From: Candidatus Wolfebacteria bacterium
GTDB taxonomy: Bacteria; Patescibacteriota; Minisyncoccia; UBA6257; UBA9933
Assembly: GCA_016933365.1 (NCBI GenBank)
Contig: JAFGBB010000012.1
Coordinates: 1 to 39,280, forward strand
DNA length: 39,280 nt
Reading direction: 5' to 3'
The notes beneath the pieces were generated by a model. That model saw nothing but the letters and a program-made list of their open reading frames with translations. It was not told the origin of the DNA and did not search any database. The position numbers and the translations under genes are program-made. Shown piece by piece: positions 31,506 through 39,280 of the stretch (positions are counted from its first letter, which is position 1; the number at the start of each line of letters is the position of its first letter).

Positions 31506-33658
31506 TCTTCAATCATTAATAATTTTTTATTTTTAATTTGAAGTTGTTGCCATATTTCTTCTGTTATAAAAGGCATAAAAGGATGAAGAAGTTTTAAACA
31601 GGTAGTCATAATTTTCATATTAACACTAAAAGCGGTCGCGCGGTCAATAAGATTTTCAGAGTTTAATTTTTCTTTTGAAGATTCAATTATTTTATCGGCA
31701 AAATTATGCCAAATATATTGATAAATTTCTTGAGCAGCTAAATGGAATTTATAAGAATCCATATATTTAGTTATTTTATTTTGAATGATTTTTAATTGTT
31801 TTAAATTATTTTTATCTTTTGTTGTTAAACTTGGTTTAATATTTTTAAATTCCGGTTCATATTTAAGCGAAATAAATCGCGCTATGTTCCAAATTTTAGT
31901 TGTAAAATTCCGATAACCCTTAATTTTATCTTCGGAAATTATAGGGTCGTTTCCCGGAATAGCGTTTGTTATTAAAGACATACGAACCGCGTCAGTTCCA
32001 TAAGTTTCTGCTATATCAAGGGGATCAATAACATTTCCTTTTGATTTAGACATTTTTTGTCGGTTTTTATCGCGGACTAAACCGTGAAGATAGACGGCGC
32101 GAAAGGGGACGTTGTTAGTGCGATATATTCCAAATATTATCATTCTTGCCACCCAAAAGAATAAAATATCCCAGCCGGTTTCCATTACGTCGGTAGGGTA
32201 AAATGTTTTAAAATCTTTTTTATTTGGATAGCCAAGAGATAAAAAAGGCCATTGACCTGAAGAAAACCAAGTGTCAAAAACATCTGTTTCTTGAATGAAT
32301 TTGGTTTTTTGACAATTAGAACATTTAAGAGGTTTTGTTTTTGATATAATCCATTTTTTACAATTTTCGCATTGATAAGCCGGTATTCTGATACCCCAAA
32401 CAATTTGACGAGAAATGTTCCAATCGTGGAGATTTTTCATCCAATGAAAAAAAACTTTTTCAAATCTTTTGGGAATAAATTTTATTTTTCCGCTTTTTAC
32501 GGCTTTTACTGCGTTATCTCTTAATGAATTACCTCCACTTTTCGGTTTTTCTGTCATTTTTATAAACCATTGCATCATAATTCTCGGCTCAATAGTTGTG
32601 CCGCATTTATAACAAACAGCAACTTGGTGTTTGTAATTTTCCGGTTCCTTAACAAGATTTGTTTTTAACATTTCTATTGCTTTTTGGCGAGCTTCATTTA
32701 TTTTTAAACCGGCAAGTTTTGGTCCGGCTTTTTCATTCATTTTTCCAAATTGATCAATTATAGAATAAGGATGTTTTATTTCAATTTCTTTTTGGTGTTT
32801 TTGCCAAATTTCAAAATCAACAGGGTCGTGAAACGGAGTTATTTTTAAAGCGCCGGTGCCGAAGCTTAAATCAACGGAAGAATCCGCTATTATTGAAATT
32901 TCTTCTTTTGTAAGAGGGTTAATGGCTTTTTTACCGATAAAATTTTTCCATTTTGATTTGGGGTTTACGGCAATGGCAATATCGGCCGGAATAGTTTCTG
33001 GTCTTGTGGTCGCGATTTCTATAAAATTTTTGGAATTAGCAATACGATATTTAATATAATAAAGTTTATCGTTTCTCTCTTCGTGTTTTATCTCTAAGTC
33101 GGAAAGCGTGGTTTGATGTTTTGAGCACCAATGAATTGGTTTTTGCACTCGATAAATCAATCCGTCTTGATAAAGTTTTTTAAAAGTTTCTTGAGTTTTT
33201 TCAATAATATCTTTGTCTAAAGTAAATTTTTTTCTTGACCAATCGCAACTTGCGCCTAATTTTTTAAGTTGACGCTCCATATTTTTTTTATTGCTAAGAG
33301 TAAATTTTTTTATTTCTTTATAAAGTTGTTCGCGAGGAATATTCCAAAAAGAACGGCCTTCTTTCTCTATTTTTTTATGATAAACTACTTGAGTTTCAAA
33401 GCCGGCATGGTCGGCGCCCGGAAGCCATAATGTTTTTTTTCCTCTCATTCGTTGGTAACGAATCATCATATCTTGCAGGGAAATAAAAAGAGCGTGACCA
33501 AAATGAAGAGCGCCATTGGCGTTTGGCGGCGGCATTATAATTGTAAAAGTTTTATTTCTTTTGCCCGGCAATTTATCCGGATTAAAATAACCTGATTTTT
33601 CCCAAAGTTTATATATTTTATTTTCTATTTTTTTTGAATCATAAAGTTTGTTTTTCAT
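31493..33658 (-). CDS. valS: Valyl-tRNA synthetase (short form, 721 aa)
   Basis: Class Ia motifs PPPNANGALHFGHA (HIGH), PGADHAGFETQ and KMSKSKGNVIDP (KMSKS). Only ~180 aa follow KMSKS, so the C-terminal coiled coil appears absent. The 3' end overlaps prsW by 13 nt. Confidence 0.85.
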   Translation of the reverse strand: MKNKLYDSKKIENKIYKLWEKSGYFNPDKLPGKRNKTFTIIMPPPNANGALHFGHALFISLQDMMIRYQRMRGKKTLWLPGADHAGFETQVVYHKKIEKEGRSFWNIPREQLYKEIKKFTLSNKKNMERQLKKLGASCDWSRKKFTLDKDIIEKTQETFKKLYQDGLIYRVQKPIHWCSKHQTTLSDLEIKHEERNDKLYYIKYRIANSKNFIEIATTRPETIPADIAIAVNPKSKWKNFIGKKAINPLTKEEISIIADSSVDLSFGTGALKITPFHDPVDFEIWQKHQKEIEIKHPYSIIDQFGKMNEKAGPKLAGLKINEARQKAIEMLKTNLVKEPENYKHQVAVCYKCGTTIEPRIMMQWFIKMTEKPKSGGNSLRDNAVKAVKSGKIKFIPKRFEKVFFHWMKNLHDWNISRQIVWGIRIPAYQCENCKKWIISKTKPLKCSNCQKTKFIQETDVFDTWFSSGQWPFLSLGYPNKKDFKTFYPTDVMETGWDILFFWVARMIIFGIYRTNNVPFRAVYLHGLVRDKNRQKMSKSKGNVIDPLDIAETYGTDAVRMSLITNAIPGNDPIISEDKIKGYRNFTTKIWNIARFISLKYEPEFKNIKPSLTTKDKNNLKQLKIIQNKITKYMDSYKFHLAAQEIYQYIWHNFADKIIESSKEKLNSENLIDRATAFSVNMKIMTTCLKLLHPFMPFITEEIWQQLQIKNKKLLMIEDWPS

Positions 33659-33685
33659 AATTTATTATTCAATAATATTTTTAGA

Positions 33686-34720
33686 TTAACGTATTGTTTC
33701 AATATAAATTTTTGTTTTATTTGGGTCTGATTGAGATAAATCCGCTTTAGGAATTTCTTGAGTTAATAAATTTATATGTTCTCTTGTTTCAATTCCGAAA
33801 TAACCCGAAGCAGGCAAGAGGCCTTCTTTTTTTTGATACTCAATTAAAGCGTTTTTAACTGATGTATTGAAATATCCCGTGGGAGTTCCGCTTAAAAATC
33901 CTTGTTTTTGTAAAAACTCTTCAAGTTTTTTAACTTCTTCTCCGTTAGAGCCGAGTTCAAGATTTGAAGTAAAAACATAAGACCAATCAGGTTCGGTTTT
34001 TATTAAAGAAACGCTTTTAGGGAAATTGATTTTAAACGATTTTTCTCCAAAAGCCGGTATGTTTTCAATTTCTGTTTTTGAAGCGCTAAGTTGAATATTA
34101 TTTTGATTTAATAAAATTCCAATAATTCTAACCTTTGAAATTCCAAATGGATTATTATTGTTTATAAATCCGCTTACAATTGCTCCGGTTCCATTATCGT
34201 TTGCCGGTTCGGTTTTTATTCCTCTTGTTTGAATATTGGGTTTGGGAAAATTATTTGATTCTTTCCAATTAATATCGGAAAAAGAAACAATAATGTTTTT
34301 AATTTTTTCAAATTCAATTTCCGTGGGTTCAAAAATATATTTTATTTCACCACTATAGATAAATGATTTATTGGTTATTTTTTTAAGTTTAAGGTTGTTT
34401 TCTCCATAAATATCAAAAGAATAATTAAAAGAGTCGGCCGCCCAATTAAGATTAACATTTGTTATTTCAGCTAAAATTATTGTTTGTCCGTCAGCGGAAA
34501 AATATTTTGTTCGCGAAGCTTCAAGCGGGACCAGTGTTTTAATTTCGCAAGGAAGGCAGGGCCCTCCGCAATCAATACCTGTTTCTCCTTGGTTTTGACG
34601 ATTATCAAAACAAGTAGGGGAGGCTTTAAACCAAAAAGAATAAATAATAAAAATAATAACAAAAAGAACGATTAAATAACCTCCTCCAAAAAGAATTTGT
34701 TTTGATAAATTTTTATTCAT
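33686..34720 (-). CDS. Membrane-anchored protein with C-terminal peptidoglycan-binding domain
   Basis: N-terminal TM helix and a Cys-rich stretch (CFDNRQNQGETGIDCGGPCLPC). C-terminal PG_binding_1-like repeat GSNGEEVKKLEEFLQKQGFLSGTPTGYFNTSVKNALIEYQKKEGL. Confidence 0.75.
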   Translation of the reverse strand: MNKNLSKQILFGGGYLIVLFVIIFIIYSFWFKASPTCFDNRQNQGETGIDCGGPCLPCEIKTLVPLEASRTKYFSADGQTIILAEITNVNLNWAADSFNYSFDIYGENNLKLKKITNKSFIYSGEIKYIFEPTEIEFEKIKNIIVSFSDINWKESNNFPKPNIQTRGIKTEPANDNGTGAIVSGFINNNNPFGISKVRIIGILLNQNNIQLSASKTEIENIPAFGEKSFKINFPKSVSLIKTEPDWSYVFTSNLELGSNGEEVKKLEEFLQKQGFLSGTPTGYFNTSVKNALIEYQKKEGLLPASGYFGIETREHINLLTQEIPKADLSQSDPNKTKIYIETIR

Positions 34721-34797
34721 TGATTTATTTTAATAATATCAAAAAAATTAAAAAGTAGAAAGAAGTAAATTTTTTGTAACAAAAAACCGTATTGATA

Positions 34798-34909
34798 TCC
34801 CGGCAAATCCTACTTTCCCAGCTAAAAGCTAGTATCATCGGAGTAATAAGGTTTCACTATTGTGTTCGGAATGGGAACGAGTGTTTCACTTATTACTTAA
34901 TTACCAGGA
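34798..34909 (-). rRNA. rrf: 5S rRNA
   Basis: The reverse complement is tcctggtaa...gttcccattccgaacacaatagtgaaac...gggaaagtaggatttgccggga, with a conserved loop and helix I pairing. It is flanked by a 16-nt inverted repeat (aaaaaaccgtattgat / atcaatacggtttttt). Ends are approximate. Confidence 0.85.
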
Positions 34910-35025
34910 AATCAATACGGTTTTTTAAAATTACCAATAAATTATTCAAATCCTCAACCCGGTAGTTTATAAATAAACGCTGGGTAGAGACAAAATGACT
35001 TATTAGTACTTCTTGGCTAGCTGAC

Positions 35026-35096
35026 GCAATCCATAATTTTCAACTCGTAATCAATAACCGAAGTTATTAATCATTTGTCGTTAATTATTTTTTGCG
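35026..35096 (-). other. Extra ~70-nt AT-rich insertion in the 3'-terminal domain of 23S rRNA
   Basis: About 70 nt lie between the gtaagcactgcgaagtgtattgcttac hairpin and tcagctagcc...gtactaat and have no E. coli counterpart. They contain the hairpin aataac-ttcg-gttatt. Confidence 0.5.
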
Positions 35097-35181
35097 TAAG
35101 CAATACACTTCGCAGTGCTTACACCTGAAGCCTATCAACGTGGTAATCTTCCACGAGTCTAAGACGCCTAATCTTAGGAGG

Positions 35182-35214
<33 letters not shown>

Positions 35215-35355
35215 CTGCCGAACATAGCTACCCGGCACTTCACCTGGTGGTAAAGCCGGTAGACCAGAGGTTCGTTCAGCCTGATCCTCTCGTACAAAGG
35301 CCAACTTCCTTCAAGCGTCAACGCCTGCAACAGATAGAGACCAACCTGTCTCACG

Positions 35356-36060
35356 CATACAATTTATAATTGTTTAATCCGCTATTACTAACGGTATGGA
35401 CTATACCATCACCCTTTTTAATTTTTTAGGGGGACGACGTATTATAGAAAATAGAAATTTTCTATCCGGTTTTTTAAAACCAAGTCTCTACGGGGTAATG
35501 TATGATTTACGTTTTTTAGAGTAATTTAACTCTCTAAAAATATCTATAAGCTTAAGTAAATTTTCAAAATCTTTTTGATTTTTTACTTTTTCTTTCTTTT
35601 TTAAAATTTTTATCAACAAATCAGCTTGTTTTCTTTTAAGAATTAAAAATGGTTTGATTGATTCAATCAATTTAATAATAGATTTTTTACGATTAACTGT
35701 ATATTCCAGAATTCCATCTTTTCTTTCTCTCATTATTCCTAAATTAAGAAAAGAGAATATAAGCTCAAAATTTTTTCTATTTTTGTTTGATTGAAAAAAA
35801 ACTATATAAGGAGCAATTTGAAATCCATACCGATAAGTTGGATTTGGTTTAGCTTTTACATAGATACTTCCATCGCCATCTAATAATCCTGCAAGATAAG
35901 CTTTATTTGTAGACGAAAAAACTTTAGTCATAAGAATTCATACAAAACTTCCCTCGGTATTATCCTAACATATGACAGGTTAAAATACAATATATATTTA
36001 GGATTTCACCGATATGAGTCGTCTTTTTCATTTCCGATTACTCGGAAAAGCCGCCAATTG
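35356..36060 (-). mobile_element. Group I intron in 23S rRNA at E. coli position U2593/C2594
   Basis: The exons rejoin to gggttcaaaccgt|cgtgagacaggttgg (E. coli GGGUUUAGAACGU|CGUGAGACAGUUCGG). The 5' exon ends in U, which can form a U.G pair in a P1 helix (ccgt/gcgg). The intron ends in G and contains a LAGLIDADG ORF. Confidence 0.8.
35488..35931 (-). CDS. Single-motif LAGLIDADG homing endonuclease (I-CreI-like), intron-encoded
   Basis: 147 aa. YLAGLLDGDGSIYVKAKPNPTYRYGFQI and KPFLILKRKQADLLIKIL...LNYSKKRK parallel I-CreI (YLAGFVDGDGSIIAQIKPNQSYKFKHQL; QPFLKLKQKQANLVLKII...LNDSKTRK) as recalled from memory. Confidence 0.85.
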   Translation of the reverse strand: MTKVFSSTNKAYLAGLLDGDGSIYVKAKPNPTYRYGFQIAPYIVFFQSNKNRKNFELIFSFLNLGIMRERKDGILEYTVNRKKSIIKLIESIKPFLILKRKQADLLIKILKKKEKVKNQKDFENLLKLIDIFRELNYSKKRKSYITP

Positions 36061-36135
36061 ACGGTTTGAACCCAGCTCGCGTGCCACTTTAATTGGCGAA
36101 CAGCCAAACGCTTGGGACCTTCTCCAGCCCCGCGC

Positions 36136-36166
<31 letters not shown>

Positions 36167-36191
36167 GGTCGTCGCTAGGAACGCTCGGACC

Positions 36192-36229
<38 letters not shown>

Positions 36230-38160
36230 ATCTTCAATCTTTCTATAAAGAATTGTCGGGTCACTAAGCTCTGCTTTCGCATCGGCGCGGCTTGTAAGCC
36301 TTGCCGTTAAGCCGGCTTTTGCCTTTACACGAAAAGCGCGATTTCCATCCGCGCTTAGCCGACCTTAATAGACTCCTCCGTTACTTTTTAGGAGGATTCC
36401 GCCCCAGAAAAACTACCCACCAGACACTGTCCCCAAACGTTTTTTCCGTTTAGGTTAGACCTTAAAATTTTAAAGATGGGTGTTTCATTGGCGGCTCCAC
36501 TTTGACCGAAATCAAAGCTTCAAAGCCTCCCCACTACACTACGCATTAAAACCCTAAGACCAATATCAAGCTATAGTAAAGCTCCCGGGGTCTTTTCGTC
36601 CCGTTGCAGGTATCCCGCGTCTTTACGGGAATCGCATTTTCACCGAGCTCCTCGTTGAGACAGTTCCCCAGTCGTTACGCCTTTCGTGCGCTTCAGAACT
36701 TACCTGAAAAGGAAATGCGCTACCTTAGAACAGTTATAGTTACCGCTGACATTGACGAGGGCTTCACCCACTCAGCCTTGTTTTACAAAATGCAAAACAA
36801 GACCGGCAGACTTGACCTTCTCGCATCGGTCAGGCGTCACCCCCTATACATTCTCTTACGAGTTCGCAGGGAGCTGTGTTTTTGTTAAACAGTCGCCAGG
36901 GATACTTTCGCTGCGGGACATAACATCTTTATACTTGCGTATAAAATTGCATGTCCAGATCTTATTGCTAACTTACGATCGCTTTTTTGCCGAGTTCCTT
37001 AACGAGGAATCACTCGTTCCCCTGAGGCTACTCGCCTCATCCACCTGTGTCGGTTTTCGGTACGGATTCCGTTAACCAATTTCTTAGAAGTTTTTCTTGA
37101 AAGGCTCTTCAGAAGAATTAATCAGACAAAAGCCTGATTTTTCCCCAATACCCGAATATTGAAATTGAATTCAGTTCACCGGATTTGCCAAATGAACTAT
37201 TCTCGGTATTAGCGATGTCAAACCAATAAGACACTCTTCTTTATTTCCTTTGTCACTCCATCGATGTTTAACGGAAGAACTGGAGTATTAACCAGTTGTC
37301 CATCGATTACGGCTTTCGCCATCACCTTAGGGCCGCCTTACCCTCCGTTGATTTACATTGCGGAGGAAACCTTAGATTTGCGGGGTGCCGTTTTCTCAAC
37401 GGCATTGTGGTTACTCATGCCAACATTCTCTCTTCTAAACACTCCACCCGTCCTCACGGATCGGGCTTCAATGCGTTTAAAATGCTCTCCTACCATTTTT
37501 TATATAATAAATTACATAAAAAATCCGTGTCTTCGGTAATTTGCTTAGCCCCGATAAATTTTCGGCGCAACCCGCCATTCCGTCCGAAGACGGATTCGAA
37601 TAGTGAGTTGTTACACACTCTTTAAAGGATGGCTACCTCTAAGCCAACCTTCTATCTGTCTTTAGCGGATTACTGCCTTTCACACTTAGCAAATATTTAG
37701 GGACCTTATACGACGGTCAGGGCTGTTTCCCTTTTGAACATGGAGCTTAGCCCCCACATTCTGACTACCCCGTTAGATAAAACCGGTATTCGGAGTTTGA
37801 TTGAGTGGCCGAGCTTTCGCCCTGTACCACTCATCCAGTGCTCTACCCCCGGTTCACCGTTAGCGGGGCGCTAGTCCTAAAACTATTTCGGAGAGAACCA
37901 GCTATTGCCAGGCTCGATTAGCTTTTCACTTCTTACCTCAGCTCATCCAAAGATGTTGTACAATCTACTGGTGCGGACCTCCCTTCGACTTTCGTCGAAG
38001 TTCATCCTGGCCAAGGCAAGCTCGCCTGGCTTCGGGTCTATTTTTTACCCTTTTTATTTCGCGCTTTTAACACTTGGTTTCCCTTTGCCTCCGTCCCGTA
38101 AGACTTAGACAAAGGATAAAAAATAACTCGTTGGCTCATTCTTCAATAGGCACAGTATCA

Positions 38161-38318
38161 CCCATTGCTTCGCAATGGGAATTTCTAATTTCTAAATCCT
38201 AATTTCCAATAAATTTATTAATGATTTAATGCTTAAATTTAAAAACATTATTTCATTGAGATTTAATTAGAAATTTAAAATTTGAAATTCGGAATTCCGA
38301 ATTGCGAAGCAATTCGGG
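38161..38318 (-). other. AT-rich intervening-sequence-like insertion in 23S helix 25 region
   Basis: About 158 nt with no E. coli counterpart are inserted where E. coli has the short hairpin GCACGCUUAGGCGUGU. The insertion is bounded by cccattgcttcgcaatggg (38161-38179) and ccgaattgcgaagcaattcgg (38297-38317). Their 13-nt cores are mutually complementary. Confidence 0.65.
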
Positions 38319-38376
38319 CTTTACTTCCTTGTAAGCATATGGTTTCAGGTACTATTTCACCGGCTTTACCAGCCTG

Positions 38377-38413
<37 letters not shown>

Positions 38414-39056
38414 ATCATCAAATGTATTTAGCCTTACCGGATAGTGCCGGCAGATTCCTCCGAAGTTTTCTGTCCTCGGAGTACTCAAGAACAAGAAAAT
38501 TGGTTGTTTCATTTTCGCCTACAGGGTTTTCACCTTCTTTGACAAGCCTTTCCAGGGCTTTTCGGCTAATAAAACAATTTATAACCAATTTTCCGTTTAT
38601 GTTCCCGCGGGAAATTTTCGCGGAAACATAAACAGAAGTTTTCCAGTCTTACTACCCCAGCTTATAAAAATATGCTGGTTTGGGCTCTTCCCTTTTCACT
38701 CGCCGCTACTTGGGGAATGTGCGCGCAAAAGCGCGCGTTTTTTTCTTTTCCTCCGCTTACTAAGATGTTTCAATTCAGCGGGTACGCTCTCCGATTTAAA
38801 ATCGGAGTAATTACGGTTTACGTAATTGGGTTTTCCCATTCGGAAATCCCCGGATCACAGATTGCTAAGCATCTCCCCGAGGCTTATCGCAGCCACGCCA
38901 CGTCCTTCATCGCCATTTGATGTCAAGGCATCCACCATACGCCCTTAATTTACTGTCTCTACCCGGCGCTCGTTTTTTTATTAACCGGGTTGAGGATTTA
39001 AATAATTTTTCTCCATATTTAATTTTCAATGGACAATCGTTTCAGGAAAAGCAGGT

Positions 39057-39083
39057 AATAAAAAGCCGCGTTAATCGCGGCTT
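39057..39083 (-). terminator. Terminator-like hairpin upstream of the 23S leader
   Basis: On the minus strand, aagccgcg-attaa-cgcggctt is followed by TTTTTATT. It lies between the candidate promoter at 39158-39185 and the 23S processing stem. Confidence 0.4.
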
Positions 39084-39157
39084 AAATTGACAAATGAAAA
39101 AATTGCCGATTTATTAGCCGCTTTTTGTTTTTGTTAATTTCATCATATTCATAAACA

Positions 39158-39185
39158 AGTATAAAGAATTGATTTAACTTGTCAA
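39158..39185 (-). promoter_or_regulatory. Candidate promoter reading toward the 23S-5S unit
   Basis: On the minus strand: TTGACA (39185-39180), 16-nt spacer, TATACT (39163-39158). Confidence 0.45.
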
Positions 39186-39240
39186 GTGTTTTTGGTAATC
39201 TACACACACATATTGCACTTTTCTGGTAACCTGGGGGTAT

Positions 39241-39280
39241 ATGAAAACAATGCCCAAATTAACAAAAGAAGAAAAATACA
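39241..39280 (+). CDS. 5' end of a CDS running off the window (MKTMPKLTKEEKY...)
   Basis: The ATG at 39241 is preceded by ctggggg. The frame is open to the window end, which is too short to identify. Confidence 0.3.
   Translation, partial: MKTMPKLTKEEKY

Overview
AT-rich, gene-dense bacterial fragment that looks like a reduced-genome, CPR/Patescibacteria-like organism. This placement is an inference from gene content, truncated housekeeping proteins and rRNA insertions. The genetic code appears standard: TAA dominates as stop, and TGA and TAG are also used as stops. Layout: (1) 1-2655 holds small genes, including a DksA/TraR zinc-finger protein and ComM/YifB. (2) 2706-16311 is a 13-gene, same-strand, tightly packed envelope-machine cluster. 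It has Gram-positive-type type IV secretion signatures: VirB6/TrbL-like, PrgI/VirB3-like, a VirB4 ATPase split into two in-frame ORFs, and a VirB2-type pilin with a Cys-rich tail. No relaxase, coupling protein or VirB11 is recognisable. (3) 16327-21692 holds an orphan histidine kinase, mutM, a holA-like gene and tRNA-Gly. (4) 21760-26324 is bounded by tRNA-Pro and tRNA-Ser. It contains a locally GC-rich structured block, a 1312-aa repeat-rich giant protein and a decayed XRE-type HTH remnant. (5) 26438-30252 holds infB followed by a tRNA-associated rearrangement hotspot. That hotspot has a duplicated 5' half of tRNA-Cys, a frameshifted ZIP transporter, an orphan tRNA-Leu 5' half, an HNH endonuclease abutting an intact tRNA-Leu(UAA), and a hicBA module flanked by imperfect direct repeats. 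(6) 30258-34720 on the minus strand holds hsp20, prsW, valS and a peptidoglycan-binding protein. (7) 34798-38960 is a minus-strand 23S-5S rRNA unit with no 16S within the 320 nt upstream. Its 23S carries a 705-nt group I intron at the E. coli U2593/C2594 position encoding an I-CreI-like LAGLIDADG endonuclease. It also carries an AT-rich helix-25 intervening sequence and an extra insertion near the 3' end. Several genes have consensus-like -10 boxes only 6-9 nt upstream of the ATG and lack Shine-Dalgarno motifs, which suggests widespread leaderless translation. All functional calls come from motif recognition by eye; no database search was run.
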